Below, in pieces: positions 18,441-29,420 of a DNA stretch of 41,052 bases (positions are counted from its first letter, which is position 1; each line of letters starts with the position of its first letter). The stretch comes from Candidatus Latescibacterota bacterium. GTDB lineage: Bacteria; Latescibacterota; UBA2968; UBA8231. The position numbers were made by a program, and so were the translations under genes. The DNA lies in assembly GCA_965205655.1 (NCBI GenBank), contig CBDBIJ010000103.1:1-41052 (forward strand), written 5' to 3'. Below the pieces are notes generated by a model, which saw only the letters and a program-made list of their open reading frames with translations, searched no databases and was not told the origin of the DNA.

Positions 18441-19816
18441 GAGCTATAATCAGAAGGTGTGGAAATAGACAGACGGCGATCCTACCCTTCCTTTGTAATT
18501 AGCCATCACAAACGCCGGGGCTATCCCGGCAGGAAGAGGAGAATCGCCATGGCACAACCTAAGCCGAGCACGACGGAAATGTCCATGCCCACGTTCGAAA
18601 CGCTGGAAGAGTGGACACGCTCGCAGATTCAGTCGCTGATGCAGTCGGTTCTGGATGAAGAAGTCACCCATGCGCTGGGACGGTCACGGTACGAGCGACA
18701 GGCACCGTTGGACGCAGCCGGCGGCTACCGCAATGGGTACGGGAAGCGGCGGCGACTGTCCTTGACCTCGGGCACGATCGAGGTGAAACGCCCTCGGGTG
18801 CGGGGTCTGGAAGAGCGATTTGAGAGTGCGGTACTGCCGCTGTTCGCCCGGCGCACCCAAGAAATAGGTCAGCTGCTGCCAGAGCTTTACCTGCACGGTT
18901 TGTCTCAGGGAGACTTCGAGCTGGCGCTGCGCGGCCTGCTGGGCAAGGGAGCGCCTTTGTCGGCGTCCTCGATCGCTCGTTTGCGTGAGAAGTGGATCGT
19001 CGAATACAACGCCTGGCGCAGCCGACGACTGGATGACCGCGAGCTCGTCTACGCCTGGGCGGACGGGATCTACGTCAAAGCCGGTCTCGAGAAGCAAAAA
19101 GCCGCTCTCCTGGTGGTCATCGGCGCGATGAGCGATGGGCGCAAAGAAGTCCTGACGATTGTCCCGGGCTATCGCGAATCGAAGGAGTCGTGGACGGGCG
19201 TACTGCGCGATCTGCGTGACCGCGGACTGAGCGTAGCGAAGTTGGTGGTGGCGGATGGGCACCTGGGTATCTGGGCGGCACTGGCGGAGATCTGGCCGGA
19301 GACGGCTGAACAGCGATGCTGGAATCACCGCATCCTGAACGTGCTGGATAAGCTGCCAAAACGCGTGCAGGTCGAAGGGCGGCACCTGCTGACACAGATC
19401 CCGTACGCGCCGACCCGTCAGGAAGCGACGAAACGTCGCGATCAATTCGCCAAACGGTTTCGCCGCGAGTGTCCAGACGCCGTCGATATCCTTGAGCACG
19501 ATTGGGACCGTATGGTGACATTCTACGACTTTCCCGAGGCCCACTGGCAACACCTGCGCACCACCAACGTCGTCGAAAGTCCCTTCGCTTCGGTACGGTT
19601 GCGAACCAATGCGGCCAAACGATACAGGAAGGTGGCCAATGCCACCGCCCTCATTTGGCGGGTACTGATGGTGGCCGAGAAACGATTCCGGCGACTCAAT
19701 GCACCGCATCTCATGGCTGACGTCTACGCCGGGGAGTGCTACGAAAACGGATCACCCATCGCGCAAAGGAAGAAGATCGCCGCCTGAGTCGTTTACACAC
19801 CATTTGACCCTAGCTC
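18441..19816 (+). mobile_element. IS256-family insertion sequence (1376 bp)
   Basis: 8-bp TSD TCTGGCCT at 18433-18440 and 19817-19824; inverted repeats GAGCTATAATCAGAAGGTGTGGAAA / GAGCTAGGGTCAAATGGTGTGTAAA. Confidence 0.95.
18549..19787 (+). CDS. IS256 (mutator) family transposase
   Basis: YRNGY, PRVR, WADGIY, VADGHLG, QRCWNH, LRTTNVVES. Confidence 0.95.
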   Translation: MAQPKPSTTEMSMPTFETLEEWTRSQIQSLMQSVLDEEVTHALGRSRYERQAPLDAAGGYRNGYGKRRRLSLTSGTIEVKRPRVRGLEERFESAVLPLFARRTQEIGQLLPELYLHGLSQGDFELALRGLLGKGAPLSASSIARLREKWIVEYNAWRSRRLDDRELVYAWADGIYVKAGLEKQKAALLVVIGAMSDGRKEVLTIVPGYRESKESWTGVLRDLRDRGLSVAKLVVADGHLGIWAALAEIWPETAEQRCWNHRILNVLDKLPKRVQVEGRHLLTQIPYAPTRQEATKRRDQFAKRFRRECPDAVDILEHDWDRMVTFYDFPEAHWQHLRTTNVVESPFASVRLRTNAAKRYRKVANATALIWRVLMVAEKRFRRLNAPHLMADVYAGECYENGSPIAQRKKIAA

Positions 19817-20055
19817 TCTGGCCTTTCATCAGCCGCTTCCACATTTCCGCCCGCATCGTGTCATCGTGAAAATCGACTTCGATGATGTGCCTCGCCTGGC
19901 CCTCGGAGATTTCCTGAGGCGCGTCTCTGTCTTCGTAGTGCATGTAGAACGGCATGACCAGTGTCCAGTCCTGTTGTGGACTAAAGATAGAAAGGCCACG
20001 ACTGTCATGCTAAAGGCGATTCTCACCGCAGGCTGGCGTACACGAGCCTGAGCGA

Positions 20056-21585
20056 TCAGTCATCGCGGTCGAGAACCTCCCTCACCTTGGCGACCAGGTT
20101 GGCGAGGGTGAAGGGTTTCTGCACGATATCGTCAGCGCCCTCGAACTCGTCGACCTTGACGGCGAACCCGGTGAAGACGATGACCTTCAGCTCGGGGGCG
20201 GCTTCCCGGAGTTTGACGAGCACATCCTGACCGGACATGCGCGGCATCGACTGATCGAGAAGCACGAGGTCGATGGCGCCTGCCTCGCGGTCGAAAACGT
20301 CCAGACCCTCCTGGCCGTCTGCGGCGGCCAATGCGGTGTAGCCCCTAAGCTCGAGCATCTGCTGCGCCGTGTTGCGCACCATCTCCTCGTCGTCGATGAC
20401 GAGGATGGTCTCCGTTCCCCGAACTGAAGCGGGTTGTGGTCGGTCGGGTTCCTGCGCCGCGCGCGTCGCCACGGGAAGGTAGACGCAGAACCGCGTCCCC
20501 GACCCCGACTCGCTGTCGCATTCGATCCATCCTTTGTGATCCCGCACGATTCCAAAGGCGGTCGATAGTCCCAATCCGGTACCCTTGTCGACGCTCTTCG
20601 TGGTGAAGAAGGGCTCGAAGATCCGCTTCCGCGTCTCTTCGTCCATGCCGTCTCCGTTGTCGCACACGCGGACGAGGAGATAAGGGCCCGGCGCGGTCTC
20701 GGGGTATGCGTCTTCTGCGGAGATTTCGGCCGCGTCCAGCTCGATCTGAATGGCCGGTGCAGACTGATCTGACTCCTCGAGTGCGTCCCTGGCGTTGATG
20801 CACAGATTGAGGAACACCTGCTGCAGCTGCATCGAGTCGCCCACGGTTGGCGGCATGGGCCGCCAATCCACCGTCATGGAGATCTTGCGATCGAAGGTTT
20901 CGAGGCAGATGGCCTCGGTGTCGCGGATCACCTTGACCATGTCGACGGTCCGATGACTGGCGCGCACTCCCTGTCGCGAAAACATGAGAAGCTGCTGCAC
21001 CATCTCGGCGGCGCGCTGGCTGGATTGCAGGGCGTTGTCGAGGGTGACCTTGATTTTCTGCCCGGCTTCGAGTTGAGCCAGCTCGAGGTTGCTGACGATC
21101 CCCTGGAGCATGTTGTTGAAGTTGTGTGCGATCCCGGCGGTCAGCTGGCCGATGGCTTCCATTTTCTGAGCCTGTTGCACCGCCTGCATGCGGATACTCT
21201 CTTCGGAGTTCACCCTGGCAGTGATGAGGGCGCCGTTGACGTGCCCATCGCAGTCGGTGATGATCTCAAGCTGCGCCTGGCCCAGCGCCTCCCCTGTCGG
21301 CTCGCCGTCGAACAGCGTGGTCAGGGTAGCTGACTTGCCAGCGCCCAAAGCCTCTGCAGTTTCGGCTCGCGTTCGCTCGATGTGCTGGCGCGGTGCCAGA
21401 TCAGCGAGGTGGCTACCGACACAATCCTGCTTGCGAATCGGTCGACTCTCGTCCGAGACGCGGGCCGCGAAGGCCTGATTTGCGTCTTGAACCACGCCCC
21501 CCGGATCGATGAGCGCGCAGGGCGTATCGATGGCCTGGAAGGCCGCAATGTAGTCGGGAGTGGATGGATGGTCTTTCCGAGTCAT
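20056..21585 (-). CDS. Hybrid sensor histidine kinase PAS-HisKA-HATPase-REC
   Basis: QAQKMEAIGQLTAGIAHNFNN, NLCINARDA, FEPFFTTK, GTGLGL, ILVIDDE, LLDQSMP, QKPF. Confidence 0.93.
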   Translation of the reverse strand: MTRKDHPSTPDYIAAFQAIDTPCALIDPGGVVQDANQAFAARVSDESRPIRKQDCVGSHLADLAPRQHIERTRAETAEALGAGKSATLTTLFDGEPTGEALGQAQLEIITDCDGHVNGALITARVNSEESIRMQAVQQAQKMEAIGQLTAGIAHNFNNMLQGIVSNLELAQLEAGQKIKVTLDNALQSSQRAAEMVQQLLMFSRQGVRASHRTVDMVKVIRDTEAICLETFDRKISMTVDWRPMPPTVGDSMQLQQVFLNLCINARDALEESDQSAPAIQIELDAAEISAEDAYPETAPGPYLLVRVCDNGDGMDEETRKRIFEPFFTTKSVDKGTGLGLSTAFGIVRDHKGWIECDSESGSGTRFCVYLPVATRAAQEPDRPQPASVRGTETILVIDDEEMVRNTAQQMLELRGYTALAAADGQEGLDVFDREAGAIDLVLLDQSMPRMSGQDVLVKLREAAPELKVIVFTGFAVKVDEFEGADDIVQKPFTLANLVAKVREVLDRDD

Positions 21586-21594
21586 CTCGCGCCC

Positions 21595-23617
21595 TCAATC
21601 ACGCACTATTCTGAACGCGGTGCCGCCGGAGCGATCGAGCTCGATTCTCGCTTTGAGTTGAGCGACGAGGGTGTGGATGAGTCTCAGGCCCAGCGTGCTG
21701 GGGTCCTGGTGATCGATGTCTTCGGGAAAGCCGACGCCGTCATCTGCGACAGATAAATCGAAGGACTCACCTTCGCGGGCCGAGAGCTCGATCCGAATGC
21801 GGCCGTTCCTGTCGTCGGGAAAGGCGTACTTGAGCGAGTTTGAAACGAGATCGTTGACGATCAGACCCAGGGGTATGGCCTTGTCGATGGTGAGCAGCAC
21901 ATCGTCAATCTCGATGGTGAGGTCGATGCGCTGCGCGTCGATGCCGAACGACTCGAACAGGTGTTCGGCGAGTCGCCGGATATAGCCGACGAAATCGATA
22001 CGGGCCAGATCGGCTGACATGTAGAGCTCTTCATGGATGAGAGCCATGGTGCGGATCCGGTGCTGGCTGTCGTCGAACGCTTTGAGGGATTCCCCGTCCG
22101 CGACTTTCTCAGACTGCAGATGGAGAAGGCTGGAGATGATCTGGAGATTGTTCTTGACGCGGTGATGGATCTCCTTGAGCAGCACCTCCTTCTCGGCCAG
22201 CGATGAACGAATGGCCTCTTCAGCCTCTTTGCGATCGGTGATGTCCTGAACGACGACCTGCAGCATGCTCACTTTGTTGACTTCCTCGTCTTCCGCGTTC
22301 TCGTAGATCGGGAAGACGGAGCCCGAAACCCAAAGGTATCTGCCATTCTTGTGGCGCCACCGGTATTCCATCGTCCGCACCGCCGAGGCGTGGCGGATGT
22401 GGTGGAGGGCCTCGGTGGCCGCCGCATCGTCGGGATGCATGATCTGGGTGCGAATGTCTGAGTCGCGGTAGAACTCCCGCGGCGAATACCCCAACCAGGA
22501 TTCGATCTGGGGACTCACATAGAGGTAGTTGCCCTCCGCGTCCAGCAGCATGACGACAAAGTTCGGGGTCTCCACGAGGGTGCGGTAGCGCTGTTCCGAA
22601 AGGGCGAGCTGCTGAAGGTCCTCCATGCGCCTGAAACCATCGGAGAGGGCCTCGGCGAGCTCCTGAAAGAAACCGATATCGCGGTCTGAAAAGGCGTCGG
22701 CCACAGCGCTGTTGATCGTCAGCGTTCCGAATGAAAAGGGCACGTCGACGATCGACCGCACCGGTCCGTAGAGCTCGACGAGGCGCTGGCGCTCATTGTC
22801 AGGATCGTCCGTGACGAGATCCCGACGATAGGCGAGCTGCCCGGTGCGCCAGATTGAGGCGATTCTCGGGGCGTGGCTCTGGGTATCGGCGATCATCCAC
22901 TCCCCGTGCTTGGTGATGCCCGCCGAGCCACGGGAGCTGTAGGAGCGCAGCATCGCCGGCTCCATCATTTCGATCACGTTGACGGCGCAGTGCTGGAACG
23001 GAATGCGCATCGTCTCCAGGCCGCGGCGGATGCTCTCGAGCACCTTGTTTATGTCGTCGGCGCCGACCATGCTCCACACCGCCTCGCGCACCTGTTGCAA
23101 GACGGAGCGTCGCGTTTCGTGGTATTTCCGCTCTGTGATGTCGCGAGCGACACCGTGGGTCCCGACGAAGTTGCTGTCCCGGTAGAGCCCGCTGGCGCTG
23201 ATGGAAAAATGGCGCACATCCATTTCCACCTCGCGCATGTCGCCGCCCTTGGATTGGAGCCGCACCTCGACACGCCGGGTGGCGCGATCCCCGGTGCGAC
23301 GCTCGTGGAAGGCCCGGCCGAGCGTCTCCACATCTGTGGGATGCAGGATGTCGCTGTAATGCCTGCCCACCAGCTCTTCCGGGTCATAGCCGAGGAGATG
23401 ACCGACTTCACTGTTGGCGAACGTGAACCTTCCGTCGCTGTCGAGCAGGTAGATGAAATCGACACTGCCCTCGATGAGGGCGCGATAGCGAGCCTCGGAC
23501 AGAGCCAAGTCGTTGACGGAATCCCGACTCTGCAGCTGGCCCGAGTTGATCTCGCAGAGCGCCCACTTCGGCGACCAGCTCCGCCTTCTTCCATTTGCCG
23601 ATATTCTGATCAGCCAT
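21595..23617 (-). CDS. PAS-GAF-PAS HisKA_2-type histidine kinase (frameshift near 23541)
   Basis: KEIHHRVKNNLQIISSLL, NSLKYAF, DDGVG, TLGLRLI; upstream MADQNIGKWKKAEL joins after removing one G. Confidence 0.9.
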
Positions 23618-23684
23618 TCTAGGACCTCGACAAAACGCAGCTATCATCTGCAAAAATACGAGGATAGCTGAGGCGCGACAACGC

Positions 23685-25062
23685 TCACACGATGTGGGGG
23701 GCGCCCTCCAACTCGCTCACCACCTCCACAGACAAGCTGTCGAGGAGTCCGAGCTCGCCGCACAGGTGCAAGACGGTGTACCGAGGCCGCACATAGCGGC
23801 TGAACTGAATCGCGGCGCGGGCTCGGGCAGGGGTGACGCCGATGTCGGCAAAGCGGATCGCGCAGCCGGCGTCGAGCAGCTCCTGTCGAATGACGTCCGA
23901 TGGTCGCAGGCGATCGCGAAGCCCCGCCCAGATCTGTTCCCAGTCGCGGCGAAGGACTTCCAAGCGCCGATCCAACTCGTCCTCAGAGGGATGGAACTGA
24001 CGGGCATGGGCCAGGAGGCGATCCGCCAGCTCTCCGAAGTGCTCTCGCAAGGCGCCCTCTACTTCAGGCCAGGCGGGCAAGGTCCGGCGCACCTGCGCGG
24101 GCCAGATGTCGGTGGGCTCTATCGCGGCGAGCCGTTCGTAGAGCGCGGAGGTGACCAGCGTGGCAACGCCGACCTGTCGTCCGTGCAGGTCCGTAGGCTC
24201 GCCGCGCGGTGGCCCGGTCATGTCGAGGTAGTGGCTTATCAGGTGCTCGGCGCCGCTGACGGGGGCGGAGGAAGACCGCATACTCAGGCCGGAAAGGCAG
24301 AGGGCGGCGATGAGTCGGGCGACAGCCTGGGGCTGTCGCTGCGGCAATCGCTTCGCGATTCCCGAGACCAGGTCTCCGCTGGCGTCCACGAGCTCGAGCA
24401 ACTGTGGATCGAAGTCGGTACCGAATAAGCGCGTGACTGAGGTACCAGTCGGCGGTGCTCACTGGGCGCGACACGAGGTCTCCGAAGCCGGCGGCGATCA
24501 TATCGTTGGGGGCGCCGGTCATCAATGACAGATCGGCGAGGCAGGCGACCGGGGGGCTGCAGGGAACGCTCTGCTTCACACCCTCGCTCATGATGGCGGC
24601 GATCCCCGAGGTGTAGCCGTTCATGGAGGGAGCGGTGGCGACGACGGCATAGGGGAGCCGGCAGCGCCAAGCGGTGAGCTTGGCGATGTCATTTACCGTT
24701 CCGGCGCCGACGGCGACGAGAGCGCTCACCTGGCTCGACTGGCGAATTCGAAGGGTCAGTGCGGCGATCTCGTCGTCGCCGGCGACCGGCTTTGCGCCAG
24801 CGATCGCCGGCTGCAGGATGAAGTGTTCTGAATCGAGCTGCTGCCGCGTCAGTGAGGCTTTGAGACGCTCGCCGACGAGCGGCCAGGTAGTGTCGTCGGC
24901 TACGAGAAGCCAGCGACCGGCAGGCAGGAGCTGGCGCAGAGTGTCGGCGGCGACAGCGAGGATATCGCTGCGCAGGAGAATGTGGCGGGGTGTCGAACTC
25001 TTGGGATGAAGCGCCAGCTGCGCCTCGAGCGCGGAGGAATCGAATGACGAGGTGCTCTCCAT
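23685..25062 (-). CDS. egsA: sn-glycerol-1-phosphate dehydrogenase (EgsA/AraM family; frameshift near 24427)
   Basis: VGAGTVNDIAK, TAPSMNGYTS, AGFGDL, SGAEHLISHYLDM, LHGRQVGV. Confidence 0.85.
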
Positions 25063-25196
25063 TTTCGAGAGAATCGAGGATTGTCTCCGGTTACCGCAAG
25101 TTGAACAATGACATCATCCCCGATGGACAGGGGCTGGCGATTTTCGTATCAATATGCCTCGCGACAAGAGCGAGCACTAATCCACGTCTAGTCAGA

Positions 25197-25238
25197 TAGT
25201 CGACACGAGGAGGTAGGTAGTCGACACGAGGAGGTAGG
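25197..25238 (+). repeat. 21-bp tandem duplication TAGTCGACACGAGGAGGTAGG x2 containing the ribosome-binding site
   Basis: Exact copies at 25197-25217 and 25218-25238, 5 nt before ATG 25244. Confidence 0.9.
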
Positions 25239-25243
25239 CACCC

Positions 25244-26242
25244 ATGAAAAGGCGATCCCAGTCGCGGCCCGCAGTGTATGCATGCTGTCTGGCGATTCTT
25301 CTGGCCCTCGACGCCGATGCCCAAACCCGGGAGAAGGGACCGTGGTGGCCGCACCCAATCTGGGGGGCGGATGACGAGGCCGGAGGATCGAACTGGATCA
25401 CGCCGGACAAGGTGAAGGAGGCCCTCAAGCTGGTGAAGACGGGCAAGGTCTACGAAATCGGCCAGGTCTACGAGCAGGGAATGCCGCTTTTCGGCCAGCG
25501 GACATACACCCTGATCATTCCGGGATCCCCGACAGGCGGACCCTTCGGCGACAACCGCATCGTCTGGCACGACGAGTTTGTGGCAGGTGAAATCGGCCAG
25601 GTGGGCACGCAGTTCGACGGCCCGGGGCACATCGGGATGCGGACGAAGATGGCGGACGGTTCGGAGCAGGATCTGTTCTACAACGGCACACCGATCGAGG
25701 AGATGCGGGGCGCCTACGGCCTGCAAAAGCTGGGGGTCGAGAATATCAAGCCATACATCACCCGGGGTATTCTCATCGATATCGCCGGGTCCAAAGGCGT
25801 GGAGGCTCTCGATCACAGCTACGAAGTGACACTGGCGGACGTGAAGGCGGCACTGAAGCGTCAGGGGATGTCGGAGAAGGACGTGAAAGACGGCGACGCT
25901 GTATTCTTCCGCTACGGCTGGTCGACGCACTGGACCGACACCGATACCTACAACTCGAACCCGCCCGGGATCGGCCTGGAAGTCGCAGCGTGGGTCAACG
26001 AGCAGAACGCCTCGATGTGGGGCTCGGATCAGTGGAACGGCGAGGTGACGCCAAACCCGGACCCGAACCTGGCTTTTCCCGTGCATACGGAGCTGGTCGC
26101 CAAGCACGGCATCTGGAACCTCGAGAACATGGTCTTCGACGAGTTGATGGCGGATGAGGTGTACGAATTCATGTTCGTCTTCACTCCCATCCGCTTCAAG
26201 GGTGCTACGGGTTCGCCGGGCAGACCGATAGCGATCCGCTGA
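25244..26242 (+). CDS. Exported cyclase-family (kynurenine formamidase-like) metallohydrolase
   Basis: Signal peptide; GQVGTQFDGPGH, RGILID, PPGIG, GSDQW, FPVH, NLEN, GATGSPGRPIA. Confidence 0.88.
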   Translation: MKRRSQSRPAVYACCLAILLALDADAQTREKGPWWPHPIWGADDEAGGSNWITPDKVKEALKLVKTGKVYEIGQVYEQGMPLFGQRTYTLIIPGSPTGGPFGDNRIVWHDEFVAGEIGQVGTQFDGPGHIGMRTKMADGSEQDLFYNGTPIEEMRGAYGLQKLGVENIKPYITRGILIDIAGSKGVEALDHSYEVTLADVKAALKRQGMSEKDVKDGDAVFFRYGWSTHWTDTDTYNSNPPGIGLEVAAWVNEQNASMWGSDQWNGEVTPNPDPNLAFPVHTELVAKHGIWNLENMVFDELMADEVYEFMFVFTPIRFKGATGSPGRPIAIR

Positions 26243-28648
26243 ATGCTCAGCGCCTTCGTCCCGGTACTGCTCATGTTGCTCGTATCGGGATGTTGTCGGC
26301 AGCCGGTAGACGCACGACCGCCGTTTCGAACGCTCGAGGACTTCGAGCGCGAGGACGCCCTCGACGCCTGGCAATTGCGGCAGTTAGATGCTGCCGTCGA
26401 AGTAGATTCCGCCAGCGCGCACAGACGAGCGCGCCTCACCTATCGGAAGTGGACACCAGGTTCGAGCAAGTGGCCGTCGGCGAGACTGGCGCTCGGAGAC
26501 GGCATCTTCGACATCGAGGACTGGCGTGACTTCTCATCGCTGAAATTCGACGCGTGGCACAGTCACGCGAGAGCCATACCCCTCAAGATCAGGATCGACG
26601 ACGCCGACGGACGCCGGTCGGTGGCGCTCACGTCCGTTGCCGCCCGGCAGCGGACGACATGCGAGATTCCTCTGAGACAGCTGGCGGCAGACATCGACCT
26701 GGCTCACATCAGTAAGATTGACCTCTACATGACGCAACCGATGGCCGATCGCGAAATCGGCGTGGACGAGATCCGGCTCGAGGCGGGTGCGCTCGTCGTC
26801 GTGGAAGAAGAACTCTCGGTCGATCCCTTCGGAGCAGGTAGATTTTCGGCAAAGGTCGGGTTCAATCGCCGGGCACTGGCATCGATCGAGGTCGTGCGGG
26901 ACGAGTCTGGAACCGTCATTCGGCAGTTCGGAGAAACCGCGTCGCAACTGTCGTGGCAGCACGACGGCGTCGGTCTGCAACCGGGGCGGTATCGGGTGAG
27001 ATTGCGGGCGACAGAGCTGCCGGACAGCTCGACTGCGATTGAGTCGACCGCGATCGAGCGGCATCTGGGATCGTTCGAGGTGCTGCGACCCTCACGGCAG
27101 CCAGAGCTGGTGGCGTGGACGGAGCCGTCGACGCGAAAGGTTCTGCTTCACAGCAGGCCGGCTGCCGGCCAGGTCGTCTACGATCTTGCCGACTCGAGCG
27201 CGGATGGGCTCGCGCCGGCGCGGCTGGAGATGGCGCGCAACGAGCACGAGGCCATTCAGGTAGTGCTGCTGAGTCGCACGCAGCCACTGGAGCTCAGCGT
27301 CGCGGTAGGGGAACTCCGCCGCGACGGAACCGGCTCGGTACTTGACTCGAGCTCAGCAAAGGTATTCCAGGTGGGCTACGTCGAGACCGAGCAGCCTGAG
27401 GACTACGCCGTCGAGTTCGCGGGTTGGTGGCCGGATGCGCTTCTGCCAAAGGACAGCATGGCAGCGCTGCCGGGCGAGTGCATGCCGGTGTGGATCTCTC
27501 TTCGAACGACGAAGGAGATGGAGCCGGGTACCTACAGCGGCTCCGTGAGGATGGAGATTCGCAGACAGGAGGGCGCAGTCGACTGGCAGCTGCCGCTGGA
27601 GGTCATCGTGCACGAAGCGACGCTCCCTGATACGACCACCATGCGCACGGCGTTCTCTCTGCGCCGGTTCATGTTGGACAGGATCTACGGCGAGCGGCGC
27701 GCCCGCGCGCTGGACCGGCAGTACCGGGACTTCGTGGCCGCTCATCGCCTCAATGTCACCGATCTGTATCGCAATTCGGTGCCGGCGCTGGACGAGGTCG
27801 CTTCCGGCGCCGGCGCCGGTACGCTCAACGCCTTCAACCTCATCCAGCTGAGCTCCGACGACGCCGACAGCGTTCGGCTGGAAGAGATTTCGGCGCATCT
27901 CGATCCGTTCGTCAGCCTTCTCGAGGAGCTGGGCATCGTCGACAGGGCATACATCTACGGGTTCGACGAGGTGACTGGGGACGACGAGTTCGAGAAGCTG
28001 AAACGGGTGTTCGGCTACTTCAAGGATCGCTACCCCGAAGTCAGGACGATCACAACGGCAAGGGACCCGAGCTTTGGGATCGATACGGGCCTGAGCGATG
28101 TGGTCGATGTGTGGGTGCCGTCGATGGCCTACTTTGACCCCGCGGCGGCGGCCGAGGCGCGGGCGGCGGGCTCTGAGGTATGGTGGTACGTCTACATTTC
28201 GCCTCCGCACCCCTTCGCGAACTGGTTCGTCGAATACTCCGCCCTCGAGGCCCGGCTGCTGTGGTGGATGAGCTACCAACAAGGCGTCACCGGTTTTTTG
28301 TATTACTATCTGAATCGGTGGCCGAACCAGGAGACACCGTTGAGCCTGGGTGATCCGCACAACAGAACGAACTGGAACCCCGCCTCATTCGGCACGGCGA
28401 ACGGCGACGGCTGCCTGATTTACGCGGGCCCCGATGGACCGATTTCAACGTTGCGACTCGAAAACATCAGGGACGGAATCGAGGACTTCGAATTGCTTCA
28501 TATGCTGGCGGCCCGCAGGGGTGATGGGGGCGCCGAGAGCCGCGCTCTGTGCAGCTCGCTCGTCGAAAATTTGACGAGCTACACCGATGATCCGAAGCTG
28601 TTCGCCGAAACGAGAAACCGTTTGCTGCGGACACTGGACGAGCCCTGA
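26243..28648 (+). CDS. DUF4091-containing glycoside hydrolase-like (GH123-like) lipoprotein with N-terminal carbohydrate-binding-like domain
   Basis: Lipobox-like VSGC; ARNEHEAIQ, WWPDAL, YGFDE, WWY, GFLYY, NGDGCLIY, RLENIRDGIED. Confidence 0.8.
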   Translation: MLSAFVPVLLMLLVSGCCRQPVDARPPFRTLEDFEREDALDAWQLRQLDAAVEVDSASAHRRARLTYRKWTPGSSKWPSARLALGDGIFDIEDWRDFSSLKFDAWHSHARAIPLKIRIDDADGRRSVALTSVAARQRTTCEIPLRQLAADIDLAHISKIDLYMTQPMADREIGVDEIRLEAGALVVVEEELSVDPFGAGRFSAKVGFNRRALASIEVVRDESGTVIRQFGETASQLSWQHDGVGLQPGRYRVRLRATELPDSSTAIESTAIERHLGSFEVLRPSRQPELVAWTEPSTRKVLLHSRPAAGQVVYDLADSSADGLAPARLEMARNEHEAIQVVLLSRTQPLELSVAVGELRRDGTGSVLDSSSAKVFQVGYVETEQPEDYAVEFAGWWPDALLPKDSMAALPGECMPVWISLRTTKEMEPGTYSGSVRMEIRRQEGAVDWQLPLEVIVHEATLPDTTTMRTAFSLRRFMLDRIYGERRARALDRQYRDFVAAHRLNVTDLYRNSVPALDEVASGAGAGTLNAFNLIQLSSDDADSVRLEEISAHLDPFVSLLEELGIVDRAYIYGFDEVTGDDEFEKLKRVFGYFKDRYPEVRTITTARDPSFGIDTGLSDVVDVWVPSMAYFDPAAAAEARAAGSEVWWYVYISPPHPFANWFVEYSALEARLLWWMSYQQGVTGFLYYYLNRWPNQETPLSLGDPHNRTNWNPASFGTANGDGCLIYAGPDGPISTLRLENIRDGIEDFELLHMLAARRGDGGAESRALCSSLVENLTSYTDDPKLFAETRNRLLRTLDEP

Positions 28649-28657
28649 AGAGGACGA

Positions 28658-29420
28658 GTGGCAGAGCTGAGTTTCAAAGCGAGGGTTCCCGTCATCGACG
28701 CCAACGTGGGTGTTGGCAATCCGCGCCAGGAGATGTCACCGTTTCAGCAAGCCGACGAGCTGCTGGCGGAGATGGAGCGACACGGTGTCGGTCGAGCCAT
28801 CGTCTACCCACCGCGCGGGCGAGGCCCGCAGCGCCGTCGAAGGCAACGAGGGGCTCGAAAAATTCGTCGCAGGGAGAGACGACAGCCTGGCGGCCCAGTG
28901 GATGGTCGACAGTTGGCCGAGCTCGCTGCAGCAGCTGAAGGAATATCACGCGTCGGGCACCGTTACGAGTGCGCGGCTCCACGACACCGCCGCCTTCGCG
29001 TCCCCGCTCTCTGACTGGATCTACGGCGAGGCGCTCGAGTGGCTGAGTTCCGAGAAGATTCCGCTGTGGGCCTCGATCCAGGACAGCGATGTGGCGGATC
29101 TCGTGGCGCTGCTGCGACAGTTTCCCGATCTGGACACCGTGCTCGTTGGAGCTCACCAGAATCACGCTGCGAGCGTTCGTCCGCTACTCAAGATATTGCC
29201 CAGGGCCCGTCTCGAGCTGAGTCGCTATGAGGCGCTGGGGCAGATCGAGGCGCTCAAGGATGAGTTCGGCATCGGGCGCCTCATCTACGGTTCCTACTAT
29301 CCCCGCTACGCTATGGGACCGATGTTGTTTTCGATGCATTGCCAGGAATTCGACGAGGCGGAGCTGGCTCTCGTATGCGCGGGCAATTGTGAACGAGCTT
29401 CTGGGAGGGCAGTGGGATGA
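28658..29420 (+). CDS. Amidohydrolase_2-like TIM-barrel protein (frameshift near 28808; degenerate metal motif)
   Basis: VIDANVGVG, L..M..HGV.RAIV, FPDL..VLVGAH, GIGRLIYGSYYP, GN. Confidence 0.75.

Larger units (their letters stand above)
18380..19955 (-). pseudogene. 63-aa hypothetical protein interrupted by IS256
   Basis: Removing the IS and one TSD joins MPFYMHYEDR...RLMKGQ to KVHVRLGYVIWERLTGH-stop, ending 7 nt before the monooxygenase start. Confidence 0.65.
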
